DNA from: Euprymna scolopes
Taxonomy: Eukaryota
Assembly: GCA_053919585.1 (NCBI GenBank)
Contig: CM132791.1
Direction: 5' to 3' (one strand)
DNA: 64,000 nucleotides
Shown here one piece after another: positions 13,603 to 26,358 of this stretch. The notes under the pieces are model-generated. The model saw only the letters and a list, made by a program, of their open reading frames with translations, was not told the origin of the DNA and made no database searches. The position numbers and the translations under genes are program-made. Each line of letters begins with the position of its first letter. Positions within the stretch are counted from its first letter, which is position 1.

Positions 13603-13923
13603 ATAAATAAGTAAATAGAAATAAAACAGAGCGATCACATACGATGAACTTGTCGATAGAATCCGTGTGTCTTTCCTTGGTATGATTTCAAACGATTCAG
13701 ATTGTTCAATCTGTTATTTATTTAAGATGTAATATTTGATAAGATTACAAGAAGTTATTTGGGTTTTATTCGTGATAACTATAGTAATGTTTCTGATTAA
13801 ACAGTAAGTATGTGTGCTTGTATGTGTAAATAAAAAAAACCCCGAAAAAGTTCCGTTTTCATTGGGCGATATGTACAGTGAAAACCCTTATATATGGTTT
13901 TGGTACCCTAGCATAAGTATAAA

Positions 13924-14715
13924 TGTTACAAGGGCCGTCCCCTTCTCATGTAAGTGAGAAGGCAGACTAGATAAGTGAAAATGATGAAAGGAAAAAGCTA
14001 GAGTCGAATCCTGCACGCAAGTGGATAAGTGAAATCCAAGTTCATTGTAAATTCTTTTATAATTAACTAAATATTATTTATGTCAGAAAAAAGCGTTTGT
14101 CCATTATTTTTTAGAATAACTGGATATTAAATATGTCAGTTAAAAGAATGGACAATGCGAGTTTATAAATTAAAGATAGTTTAGATATTGAACAATTAAA
14201 ATTGGGAAATTTTTGTTTTCCAAAAGTGTGTTTCGACAGATATATGTAAATTACAGGCGAAAGAAGTCAGATTGGTCGACAGTGGACTTCTGCCGTCATG
14301 AACAAAGTAATTTCTCCATATATTGAATCGAAGTTTTGAACTTAGAGAGAATCAGAGAAGATCACAATCACACACAGTGATAAAGTCAGTTGGAGACTGG
14401 GAGCCCCTAAGAGGCGAAGGTTAAAAGAGAGACCATGTAGTCATACAAGTTTAAATTCCTGACATCATCATCCGGCCGACAGATGAATAAAGAAATGTCT
14501 GTATTTTTTAACCGTTGTCTTCGTATCGTTATTACAACCGAAAAGGTAAATGTGTTTTGTTATCATCTTAAATGAACGTTGTATAACCCCCTTCCAAGAA
14601 TTATGTGTCCTCCCCACCATCATCAATAATGTATCTCCTCTCCTTTGTGTTAACAAGAACTGTATAAATGTCCCGGCTCCGTATTAATAATATGAAATCC
14701 CCAAGAACCGTCACA
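13924..14715 (+). mobile_element. Probable solo LTR (family X, copy 1)
   Basis: Starts TGTTACA, ends GTCACA; homologous by eye to 24684-25490 (aagggc.gtcccctt.tcatgtaagtg; aattcctga; gtatttttt). No clear TSD. Confidence 0.55.
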
Positions 14716-15337
14716 GTCGTCGTGTGTGTAAATGTATATAAATGTAATTATCACCGGTTATATGTGTCTCCAATATGTACCCGCTCCGTAACATAAATAC
14801 AGCGAAAATCGAATCCAAATATATGCTTGTAAATAGGCACGCACGCGCAAGCAAGGGTAAACACGCGCACACAAATACGAAATGTACATTGATAAATTCA
14901 AATATAAACTAAGTAATTGAAAATGTAAATATACACAGTATGCATATATTTCTTTTCCATTAATACTAGTAGAAATAAAATGAAAAATAATATATACTGT
15001 ACACACGACCGCTCTGTGGAACACTAGCAGGCACAAACTGTTACGGAATTAGATTTGCACGACTGCGTAAACAAACTAACAAGGAAAAAATANNNNNNNN
15101 NNNNNNNNNNNNNNNNNNNNNNNNNNNNNNNNNNNNNNNNNNNNNNNNNNNNNNNNNNNNNNNNNNNNNNNNNNNNNNNNNNNNNNNNNNNNNNNNNNNN
15201 NNNNNNNNNNNNNNNNNNNNNNNNNNNNNNNNNNNNNNNNNNNNTCCAACGAGGGAAAAATGAATATTTAAAAGAGTGTAGCCATCAACAATTGTGGGGG
15301 TTTCAGCCTTTTATCATGTTTTTATTTTAAAATATTT

Positions 15338-15378
15338 TTATAACGTGTTTCAAGCTTTGGTTCGCTTTCTTCAGATAT
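15338..15378 (-). ncRNA. Minimal hammerhead-like motif (family E, left arm)
   Basis: tat CTGAAGA aagc-gaaccaaa-gctt GAAA cacg TT ata. Perfect 4-bp stem II; very short stems I and III. Confidence 0.55.
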
Positions 15379-16104
15379 TTTTGTGAAAAGGTTTTTTTTT
15401 TAAATGTGAGGTTGAAATGTTATTTTTACATCTGCTGATACTAAATGTGTTTTTCAGAGTGATGTGGTCTCAGACATTCTGTCTCCAATAGTAAGTGTTG
15501 GTAGTGTCCGGTCAGAGTTAATTTCAAAGAGGGTGCTTTTGGTCCATTTGGTGAAGGTTTTTATGTCTTTTTTATGACTTTCTTTCCCCATGTATAGCAC
15601 ACATTCACACACAATCACACACACATATACATACATGTACATACACACATGCACACGCATACGTACGGAGGCATATACACATACACACGCACATACATAG
15701 AAATATATGTAGGAGCATACATATATACATACCCACCTACACACTCACACACGTACTCACACACATCCACCAACTAATATATCACACACAAATTGGTTAT
15801 TTTTATTTATTTATTTTTTTCCAATCAAAACGCGGATGCATACATGTACTTAATCATTCAAACATAAATACACGCACACACACAAGTAAGATGGGGAATA
15901 GGTAGGAGAACATATATATACACACACACACCGCACACACACATATACATGCACATACACATATATATACATACATGTATGCACATACACACTCACATAC
16001 ATCCGCATACTATGCAGACATACACACATACATACACGAACATGCAGATGTAAAAATAACATTTCAAACTCCCATTTAATAAAAAAAAAAACCTTTTCAC
16101 GAAA

Positions 16105-16145
16105 ATATCTGAAGAAAGCGAACCAAAGTTTGAAACGCGTTATTA
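16105..16145 (+). ncRNA. Minimal hammerhead-like motif (family E, right arm)
   Basis: CTGAAGA aagc-gaaccaaa-gttt GAAA cgcg TTA; palindromic CGCG at stem III. Confidence 0.5.
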
Positions 16146-16212
16146 AAATATTTTAAAATAAAAATATGATAAAAGGCTAAAAAACCCACAATTGTTGATG
16201 GCTACACTCTTT

Positions 16213-16215
<3 letters not shown>

Positions 16216-16277
<62 letters not shown>
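16216..16277. repeat. (TA)n microsatellite between two HHR elements
   Basis: Direct inspection. Confidence 0.95.
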
Positions 16278-16280
<3 letters not shown>

Positions 16281-16328
16281 CACTGACAGACAGCATTGCA
16301 ACCAGCAAAAACCACAAAAGCCAACAAA

Positions 16329-16387
16329 CCGGAAGTCCAAGACTCAAGTTTCGCTCTCATTTGGGCTCATCAGTCAGACACATCCGA
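16329..16387 (-). ncRNA. Type I hammerhead ribozyme (family C)
   Basis: Minus: cggatgt-gtctga CTGATGA gccc-aaatga-gagc GAAAC ttga GTC ttggac-ttccg. Stem I gtctga/ttggac (two G-U) extended by cgga/tccg; predicted cut between 16341 and 16340. Confidence 0.82.
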
Positions 16388-16456
16388 ACTTAGGATTCGA
16401 CACGCGAGCCTCTTGCATGCGAGGCAAGCACTCTACCAACTGAGGAAACGCGCCGC
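16388..16456 (-). pseudogene. tRNA-Ala(CGC)-derived Pol III head (SINE-like), immediately 5' of the hammerhead
   Basis: CTCAGTTGGTAGAG (D arm/A box), perfect anticodon arm CTTGC-CT-CGC-AT-GCAAG, GTGTCGAATCC (B box-like); acceptor stem broken. Confidence 0.8.
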
Positions 16457-16764
16457 ACACAAGAAATAGATCAAAGAAACCGCAAGATAAGCATCCATTG
16501 CTCAATCACATATCGTTTTGCTTTTGTAAATTTTTAATAATAAACAAATAAATTGTAAAAAAATAAAAGTACTTGTTTTTACAATTTATTTATTATTAAA
16601 TTTTAAGAAAAATAAAACAATATATGCTTATTTTCTTTAAAGCAAAATTGAAAATAATTTCTCGTTATAAGGGGGGAAAAATTGTACAATTCCGTAATTT
16701 CTCTTTGCAATTTCATACAACGGAGATACTTCCGCTCGTATTTTCCAATTTATTCCGATAGCAA

Positions 16765-17490
16765 TATCAATGGCCAGTGACTCCCTGTCTGAGAGTACAT
16801 CTTTTAAACTGCTTGGCCTAACGTTCACAGGAAACATGAGCTGGAACAATTATATTGAAAACATTGCCTGGGCCGCTGCAAAAAAAGTATGCTCTCTCTA
16901 CCGTGCTAGAAAACTACTGACACCTGAAAGTATCCTGTATCTCTATAAGGCCACCATTCGCCCATGTATGGAGTATTGCTGTCACATCTGGGCTGGTGCG
17001 TTTACTACTAGTCTCTCGCTCCTAGACAAGGTTAAAAAAAGAGTCGCCAATCTGATAGGCCCTGAACTGGCATCTAAGCTTCAGCCTCTGTACCATCGAC
17101 GAAACGTTGCATCCCTCTGCTTGTTCTACAAGTATTTTAATGGTGAATGCTCTGACGAACTGCAGACACTTGTGCCCTCACGACGCAGACACCCTCGACA
17201 AACCCGACAGGCAACTAAATCCCATCCCCACACAGTAGAGATCCCTAGATGTAAAAGATCTTTCTACTCCAGTAGTTTCTTCCCCAGAACCGCTAGACTC
17301 TGGAATTCCATTCCAGGATCCTGCTTCCCTAACTGTACTGACATGCAGAAGTTCAAGTGCAACGTGAACCGACATCTTGCTGCCAAAATCCCTACATAGT
17401 GCCGTCGTAGTTGCTGATCCTGATAGTAGCCCCCTACACCAAAGTGTCAATGCGCCTTGTTTGGGGTGAAAATGTAATAAAAAAAAAACA
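16765..17490 (+). mobile_element. 5'-truncated CR1/L2-group LINE, family 2 (RT C-terminus, 3' UTR, A tail)
   Basis: ORF 16770-17399 IRPCMEYCCHIWAGA..HRRNVASLCLFYKYF; near-identical to 52165-52890. Confidence 0.92.
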
Positions 17491-17895
17491 AAAAAAACAT
17501 CAACAGGTTATGTGACTTCTATTGTATGAATATTGTATGTTATCTATTGTATGTATATTTACGACGGCCACGTACTGTCTCGTTCGCTTGCGGTTTTATT
17601 CTTGGTCAGAGGGAAGAAAATTACTGCTGTTTAGCTGCAAAAGGCAATGCCGTCAATATATCATTAGGAAACTGCAAATTATAGATAATATTTTATGTCT
17701 AAATTAATTGTAACATATTTTCATCGTATAGCCTCGACTTATGATTGAGAACATATTCTCCGCCAAAGCAATGTTCCGTTGCGTCAGCATGTATGTGGAT
17801 TAGTAAGGTACAGTCAAGCACTTGCTAAGAGCATCATACAAAAGTATATTGTTTTGTAGAAAGTTATTGCTGTCCTCCCATATGCAGCACTGGAA

Positions 17896-17965
17896 GTAAC
17901 AGCCTAAGTGGCTAACGATGTGGATTGGCAACCCGGGTGTGCCACGTTCGAGTCTAGTTCGTTCC
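17896..17965 (+). pseudogene. Possible degenerate tRNA-derived SINE head
   Basis: AGCCTAAGTGGCTAA (A-box-like) and GTTCGAGTC (B-box-like) at tRNA-like spacing; stems poor. Confidence 0.3.
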
Positions 17966-19508
17966 ACAAGAAATCCTCACTTAGAGATGTTGACAGATTT
18001 TACGTGGCCCCTTCTGATGCATTTCTAGACAAAAAAAAAACATATCGAGGAAACAAATGGCAACAAAATTCACCTGATATACACAGAATGAATGATGTTC
18101 AGCAGTACCAATATACCTCACCTACTATTCACAATTTGTCGTCCATCTGCTAAACGTCACTGAGCGTGAACCTGCAAACAAACCTGGTGCTACCAGATCA
18201 GGCTATCTGAAGATATTGGCTTCCTGAGACGAAATGCACAGAGCATTGATGTTTTTTCCTTTTCTTTTCGCCTTTGCAAAACTTAATTATGCTCTGAAAA
18301 AAAAAAACAAAAAAAAAACGAATATGATCAATTAGATATAACTATATCTTAAATAGACCGCACCAATATAACTTAGGGTTAGTGAAGAAGCACCAACAAT
18401 AAACATTTAGTGACACGTATACACATCAAGATGAATCCTTCATCCCAAGTACACATATCGACATATCGACGCTACGGTACTCATTACACAACATACCTCT
18501 TTTTAGGACCCCGTTATACAACCTATGTTCAGCGTGTGTTAATGCATCGAAACATTTTTAGATATAAATTATTTTTAGTTGACAAAAATGTTTTCAGTAA
18601 AACTTTCTTAATTAAAAATACATATACGTTAGTTTGCTTTAATCAAGCGAAGGTACCTAGATCTGCTGCCTGGGAAAATACAAACCTAACGTATTCCTAG
18701 TACACTATCGATCGTAAGTTAATAGCCAAAAGATATGTGACAGCACACACAAATATACAAAAATACTTATGTAGTTTTATTTTCGTATCGGTAATCTTGA
18801 TTCCTCATAATATTTGAAGACCACGATATCTACAGATTAAACTGACTAATTACACCATGTCAATATTGGTTTCTTTAATTAACACAAGAAACTTAAACAA
18901 AACGTGTAATTAGCAAACGAATCGTAAAGATCAATAATCGTATAAAATTAAACAACAAAACTTTCTATAAAAGACAAAAAGTTTGAAATCTCTTCGGCTT
19001 TCGCTGGCAGAAGACTTTACAGCCAACCAGGTAATGCAGCAAATCTCTAATCACTGCGAACTATTGTCGCTGTTTCGGGGAAGCATAGCTGATAATTTGG
19101 ATCTAATATCTTATGTGACATCGGAAACCGTAGGCGCGACAGGCTGACTAGTTTTAAGTCGGAATTTAACACAAGGCTGAGTTTTAATGTGAGAAAAATG
19201 TAGTTGCTCCAAAATGAGTACACGTGTTGAAAAAATAATGACTATAGTCTTTAAGGATCTTTCTTCCTTACAGTGTAATTATAATTTTTTTTATACTTAC
19301 AAAACCAACTTATTAGTCTTTTGTAAATGTGAGTTTCCATGCACATAATCACTTGTATTCTTACATGTATATGTTTTTGTTATATTTTGACGTTCTACTA
19401 TGCCGACACCTTCACGTTCTACTTCTGCTATCATGGTAGGCCATGCTAAAGGTGGTGATATGTGCCTTCCCATTACAAAAATTGTTGAATTGAAAAGGAA
19501 AAATTAAC

Positions 19509-20020
19509 AAAAGTTTTAGCAATGTTTGGTATATTTCACATTCGAAGTAGCGTAGCAAGGCTGTATCAAAAGAGGAAAGATGGTGGGAGAGGATTGAAAA
19601 GTGTAAAAGATTGTGTTAGAACCAAGGAGATGTCGTTGAAGGAGCATGTGGTTAGCAGTGGGGAGTGGATGCTTAAGGTTGTGGCCAAAGAAGTGGAGGT
19701 ATGTGAGACCAAGGCTGATTATGGGAAATGTATGGATAGAGAAAGGGCAGAGGAACTGGCTAGGAAGAAAATGCATGGAAGGTTCTTCCAGGATATAGCA
19801 GAAGTGGCTGATGAAAGATCATGGCAATGGCTTAGAGCTGGGTATCTGGCTAAGAGTATTGAAGCTTTTGTTTGTGCAGCCCACGAGCAGGCATTAGGAA
19901 CACGATTGTTCAAATAAGTGGTTCTAGGAGAGGAAATTACTGCAAAATGCCGGATTTGTGGTAAGACCTCAGAGTCAATTGCGCACCTTGCAGCAGGGTG
20001 TAGTGGACTGGCCCAGAGAG
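19509..20020 (+). mobile_element. Internal fragment of R4/Dong-like element
   Basis: Near-identical to 23724-24210; LYQKRKDGGRGL, HGRFFQ, CRICGK..AHLAAGC zinc knuckle. Confidence 0.9.
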
Positions 20021-20364
20021 GATGACTCAACGAGTACTTATTTACATAAGACTTGAAATCGATCATATTATCGTCAGATGGGGAAAAAAATTAATCGGTA
20101 TTGTGTAATACAGACAGATGATTTTTGAAAAGAAACTTTGTTCATGGAATTTCCGTTTAGTCAGATACGCAGATAAAGCATAAGCGGTTCGGTTGACTAT
20201 CAATTGAAGATCAATCCACTTCCTACCATATAAGTAACGATAAAGCAACGTCTTTCTGTTTGTGAAAAAGAGGAAGAAGGGAGGCAAAAAGGTCCTTGCC
20301 CATATGATCTCAAAGCGTTTTGAACTCTGTGAATGTTTTAGTTATTGTAATCTTCGGCTCTCAA

Positions 20365-20396
<32 letters not shown>

Positions 20397-20554
20397 GCTT
20401 ATAATTATGCTTATTATTATTAGTATTATTATCATTATTATTAGTTTTATCATGATCATTATTATCATTAGCATCATTATTAATAATAGTTTTACGATTA
20501 TTATTATTATTATTATTATTATTATAATTATTAATATTTTTACCATCATTATTA

Positions 20555-20589
<35 letters not shown>

Positions 20590-21484
20590 ATTAATATTAT
20601 TATTAATATTAATATTATTATTACCGTTAGGATTATTATTATTANNNNNNNNNNNNNNNNNNNNNNNNNNNNNNNNNNNNNNNNNNNNNNNNNNNNNNNN
20701 NNNNNNNNNNNNNNNNNNNNNNNNNNNNNNNNNNNNNNNNNNNNNNNNNNNNNNNNNNNNNNNNNNNNNNNNNNNNNNNNNNNNNNNNNNNNNNNNNNNN
20801 NNNNNNNNNNNNNNNNNNNNNNNNNNNNNNNNNNNNNNNNNNNNNNNNNNNNNNNNNNNNNNNNNNNNNNNNNNNNNNNNNNNNNNNNNNNNNNNNNNNN
20901 NNNNNNNNNNNNNNNNNNNNNNNNNNNNNNNNNNNNNNNNNNNNNNNNNNNNNNNNNNNNNNNNNNNNNNNNNNNNNNNNNNNNNNNNNNNNNNNNNNNN
21001 NNNNNTTCCATTATTATTATTATATTTATTATTATATTTATTATTATATTTATTATTATTATTATCATTATTATTGTTAGCATCATTATTGTTAAAANNN
21101 NNNNNNNNNNNNNNNNNNNNNNNNNNNNNNNNNNNNNNNNNNNNNNNNNNNNNNNNNNNNNNNNNNNNNNNNNNNNNNNNNNNNNNNNNNNNNNNNNNNN
21201 NNNNNNNNNNNNNNNNNNNNNNNNNNNNNNNNNNNNNNNNNNNNNNNNNNNNNNNNNNNNNNNNNNNNNNNNNNNNNNNNNNNNNNNNNNNNNNNNNNNN
21301 NNNNNNNNNNNNNNNNNNNATTATCATTATTAGCGTTATTATTATTAGTAGTAGTAGCATTATTATTATCATTATTATTATTAGCATTATTATTAATAAT
21401 ATTTTTACGATTATTATCATTATTATTATTACCATTATTATTATTCATATTTTTACCATTATTATTATTATTAATATTTTTACC

Positions 21485-21543
<59 letters not shown>
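20365..21543. repeat. (ATT/TAA)n microsatellite tract with two N-gaps
   Basis: Direct inspection; source of the poly-I/L/N ORFs. Confidence 0.95.
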
Positions 21544-24500
21544 GAAGGGAAAAGGTCGGGAGGCGATCTTAGACCTTGGTGGGGAACCCTCCTAGAGATA
21601 ATGTCTCGATAAAACTATCGGTGGTGGTGTAACCTTAAATTCACTAACCCCATTTATGGGAGAATGTCAAATCAAAATATTGAAAATAACGACGTGAATG
21701 AGGCTAGAACATCTTGTGATGTTCGTGAATGAGGCTAGAACATCTTGTGATGTTCGTCAGGTAGATGTCCCACTGATCAACAGGGTGGGTCCTGTCGTCA
21801 TCATACAATTGTTCGAAATTCTGAGGATGTGGCTGGATATAGGGGGAGGGGTGAGAATTGCCAGGGAGGGTACCAAAACACGAATGGAGTTGGAACAGGA
21901 AATGTAAAAAGAAAACATGGACGGATGAGGAAAGAAGAGTACTGTGGGAATGCTTTGTAAGAAGTGGAAGTACCAAATATGGTGGATATATACGAAAAAT
22001 GAAGGAAGAATGGGAATCGAGAGGAGGGGGACCTACAAGTCTCGCGAGTTTGGTATCCCAGTTAAAACAAATTAAAAATAACAACCTACTTTCAGTGATT
22101 GCAAGAGAAGAGATTGAATGGATGGTTAGGAATGAAATGAATAACGAAAGTAAAATTGATGAAACTAGCTCTGATGAAAGAACTGAAAGAGTGGAAGTGC
22201 AGAAGGGAAATGTAAGCGATGATGGGAGGCGGACAACTGAGGAGGTATGGAATCCTATGGTTAGGGGAAGTAATGAGAAAGAGTTTGAAGGATCTAAGGC
22301 AGATGAAATCATTGACTCTGAGACAATGGAGCCAGTGAAAGGAGCAGATGTATGGAGAAGTGGTGATGAAATTCGAACTTTGACTTCTGTAGAAAAAGAA
22401 GTACTTCAGAAGTTAAGAGAGGTTTTTCTTAGAGACGAAATCATAGAGATTCCAAGTATGAAGAGTAGTGACAGGCGGAAGGTGAAAAACGAGGTAAAAA
22501 TAATTCAAGGAGTAATTCACAACATCATAAGAAAGAACATATCGATTATGGAACTTAACAGACTTTTATATGAAGCGTCATACGTTATTGCGAATCGTCT
22601 TGGCTTATTACAGAAGAAAAAGGGAAAAATGAAGGATAGAAGGCCACACTGGCAGAGGCGGCTTGAAGAAAGTATTAAACGGTGGCGAGAAAGACATTGG
22701 TAGAATCGAAGAAATAAGAAAAGGAGTTAAACTAGAACAGAAAGCCAAGGACGAGCTTGGAAGGAGGTATAGATTGCTGGCAAAAGGAACGATGAACGTT
22801 CTAACAATGTTGAAAGAGAAGGTCCACACTGGTGGTATAAAAATTAGAAACTTTGTTGTAAAAAAGTGTTGCTTTTCAGCAGAACAACCTTTTCCGGAAC
22901 AATCAGTCTCAGCTGTATAAAGAATTAAACGGTAGTAAACAGGCGGGAAATAACAACACTCTAAATGCAAAAGATGCAACGAGGTTCTGGAGTGGGATTT
23001 GGTCCGTCGACGGGAGATATAATGAGAAGACTAGCTGGTTGGGAGAGGTCAGAGAAAGGCTATCAGAAATGCAGCAGATGAAGAACGTTGAGATAACCAT
23101 CGATGACGTTAAAGCTGGCATACAAAGGATGACAAACTGGAAGGCACCTGGTCCAGATGGAGTGATGGGTTTCTGGTTTAAACAGTCCCCATGCCTTTAT
23201 CCACCTATAACTGCAGCTCTGCAAAGAGTTGTAGAGTCGGGAGATGTCCCTGATTGGCTTGTGAAGGGAAGAACAACACTGATTAGGAAAGATCCTGCAA
23301 AAGGAACAGATGTCAATAATTATAGACCAATTACATGTCTGACATTAATGTGGAAACTGTTGACTGGAATATTTGTGGAGAAAATTTATGAACATCTAGA
23401 GAGTAATGGTGTTTTTTCTGACGAACAAAAGGGGTGCCGGAAAGGCTCGAGAGGTACTAAAAAGTAACTACTAATTTATAAAGCAATAATGCAGGATGCG
23501 AAGAAGAAGAAGAAGAAGAAGAAGAAATCTGAGCATAGCATGTATCCATTACAGAAAGGCTTATGACATGGTTCCTCATTCATGGATACGTGAAATACTA
23601 TTGATGATGAAGGTTGCTGAGAATGTGGTAGGGATTTTGGAGACAAGTCAGTGTTTTGAGATATAGTGCGGGAATTTTAGAATGGTCTGACAAGGATTTG
23701 CATGCCATTGATATCAAAACAAGAAAAGTTTTAGCAATGTTTGGTATATTTCACATTCGAAGTAGCGTAGCAAGGCTGTATCAAAAGAGGAAAGATGGTG
23801 GGAGAGGATTGAAAAGTGTAAAAGATTGTGTTACAACCGAGATGTCGTTGAAGGAGCATGTGGTTAGCAGTGGGGTGTGGATGCTTAAGGTTGTAGCCAA
23901 AGAAGTGGAGGTATGTGAGACCAAGGCTGATTATGCGAAACGTATGGATAGAGAAAGGGCAGAGGAACTGGCTAGGAAGAAAATGCATGGAAGGTTCTTC
24001 CAGGATATAGCAGAAGTGGCTGATGAAAGATCATGGCAATGGCTTAGAGCTGGGTATCTGGCTAAGAGTACTGAAGCTTTTGTTTGTGCAGCACAAGAGC
24101 AGGCATTAGGAGCACGATTGTTCAAAAAAGTGGTTCTAGGAGAGGAAATTTCTGTAGAATGCCGAATTTGTGGTAAGACCTCGTAGCAGGGTGTAGTGGA
24201 CTGGCCCAGAGAGAGAGAGAGTACCACAAAAGACACGATCGCATGGGACTCCAGATATATTGGGAGGCGTGTAAGAGGGTTGGGGTGAAGTGTGCTGGAA
24301 AATGGTTTGAGGAGGTGTCTGATGAAGTGAGAAATAGTGAGGATGGCAAGATAGAGGTACGGTGGGACAAAAGTGTCATAACGACCAAGCAATTGGAACA
24401 TAATCTCAATACCCTGGGACAGGAACGTGAGAGAGAAGGAGAATGAGAAGTGGAGCAATTATGCTCCATTGGCCTTGGAGATAAGGCGTATACACGGGGT

Positions 24501-24683
24501 TAAAACACAAATAATCACGGTCGTAGTTGGTACACTTGGAGTAGTATAAAGTCGTCTGGAAGGACAATTGAAAAAACTACAAATCCCCGATGTTTTAGGC
24601 GGCCTTCAAACCTCTGCAATTATAGGTACCACCAACATCCTTAGGAAAACCCTTAATCTTTGGAGCTCCTGGTTTGAAGCCGG
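21544..24683 (+). mobile_element. R4/Dong-like RLE non-LTR retrotransposon, near full length with internal RT deletion
   Basis: Begins at the end of (TAA)n; probable ATG 21664; Myb-like WTDEERRVLWECF; RT WKAPGPDG, YRPITCL, EQKGCRKGSRG, KAYDMVPHSWI; CRICGK..RHD; C-terminal RLE-type region (WDKSV..EHN, VVVGTLG). Confidence 0.9.
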
Positions 24684-25490
24684 TGTTACATGATAAGGGC
24701 TGTCCCCTTTTCATGTAAGTGTAAAAATAGAGAGATTTAGTTAAAATGAAAATAAGATGAGAGAAAGCAGAAATCGAACCCTGGAGATAAGTTTTAAAGA
24801 ACAATAGGTTTAAATGGAATGTCCGGTGGATTGTTGATTCTGATTAAATAAATAATAACTGAACCATTCATTATTAGAAAGAATGTGGATAATAAAATAT
24901 GGGTTAAATGAATTAGATATGTAGGTTGAATTCCTTTGTGAAAACAACAAAGGAAAAATGGGAAATCAGAATGTTCAAAAACGTGCAGGTCGCGCGTGTT
25001 GATGGCACGTAAGTTGTGGTCACGTTGGCCAGACATGCATGGATTTCTCAATATAGGAAGTGAGAGTTAGTTAGGAAAAGAAGTCAGAAGAAGGGAGGCA
25101 GAGAGTCAGAGTCAGACGAGAGTTTGACCAGGGAAGAGAAGGTTCAGTTCGAACCTTGGACATTGGAAGCGAGAGGGATTTAAACAGAAAAAGATGTAAA
25201 GAAAGAACCTTTGAATTCCTGAATGCAAAGCCATTGACCGGTCAAGGGAAGAATAAATGCTAATCATGTTTTTTTATAACTGCCGTCTCCTGTGTCCATC
25301 ATTACATGAAAAAAGGTATTGTCAATTTATATATAAGAACTATCCGAAATTCATCATCTAAAAAATATATGTTTAGAAAGTAAATGTGTCTATTTTTGTT
25401 ATATAAACACTCCCGTTCATACGAACTGTCAAAGCATAAATGCCAACCTGTCAATCCATCGGCATAAATGCCAACCTATCGGTCTGTCTC
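24684..25490 (+). mobile_element. Probable solo LTR (family X, copy 2) inserted in the Dong 3' end
   Basis: Starts TGTTACA; similar to 13924-14715; right boundary uncertain. Confidence 0.5.
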
Positions 25491-26142
25491 TCTATATATG
25501 GAAACACCCTCTCAAAACGTATTTATATGCAATCTCTCTCATTTATAAACTCTCACTCTCTCTTTATATACACCTGTTAATGTCTTAAAATATGAACACT
25601 TACAACATGAACTCTCCTAAGACTGTCTATCACCCTAAGACTCTTACTTTTCTCATAACAATGAATTTTAAAAATATAACATATATGAAATTCGGTGAAC
25701 AGAGAGACNNNNNNNNNNNNNNNNNNNNNNNNNNNNNNNNNNNNNNNNNNNNNNNNNNNNNNNNNNNNNNNNNNNNNNNNNNNNNNNNNNNNNNNNNNNN
25801 NNNNNNNNNNNNNNNNNNNNNNNNNNNNNNNNNNNNNNNNNNNNNNNNNNNNNNNNNNNNNNNNNNNNNNNNNNNNNNNNNNNNNNNNNNNNNNNNNNNN
25901 NNNNNNNNNNNNNNNNNNNNNNNNNNNNNNNNNNNNNNNNNNNNNNNNNNNNNNNNNNNNNNNNNNNNNNNNNNNNNNNNNNNNNNNNNNNNNNNNNNNN
26001 NNNNNNNNNNNNNNNNNNAGCTCTTTACCTTGTGTTAGTCACCTCAGTGTTCCAAGGAGTATTAATACACCAAATACTAAAATGTTATTATTTTGTAAAA
26101 TATATTATTCTTTTGGTTTATATCTATGAGCAGCTTCTTTCA

Positions 26143-26358
26143 ATAAATAATCTACAATATTGTATTAAATAATGTACAACATTGTATTAAATAATCTACA
26201 ACATTGTATTAAAAAATCTACAACATTGTATTAAATAATCTACAACATTGTTGTAAATAATGTACAACATTGTAGTAAATAATGTACAACATTGTATAAA
26301 ATAATCTACAACATTGTATTAAAAAATCTACAACATTGTTGTAAATAATCTACAACAT
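26143..26358. repeat. 22-bp minisatellite (AATAATCTACAACATTGTATTA, ~10 units)
   Basis: Direct inspection; internal TACAA/TTGTA dyad. Confidence 0.92.

Larger units (their letters stand above)
15264..16219. mobile_element. Element with ~175-bp inverted repeats (15264-15435 and 16044-16219), each carrying an HHR-like motif (family E)
   Basis: Arms are reverse complements by eye; interior is CA/TA-rich; right arm runs into (TA)n. Confidence 0.8.

Noticed and set aside
13565-13605. Possible 3' half of an HDV-like ribozyme at the RTE 5' end (GGGTAACCGGCGACTAA)
   Set aside because: P1/P2/P3 partners are not present upstream; the fold cannot be built.
16388-16456. Functional tRNA-Ala gene
   Set aside because: Acceptor and T stems do not pair; treated as a tRNA-derived head.
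20320-21595. Long poly-Ile/Leu/Asn ORFs
   Set aside because: Translations of (ATT)n and N-gaps.
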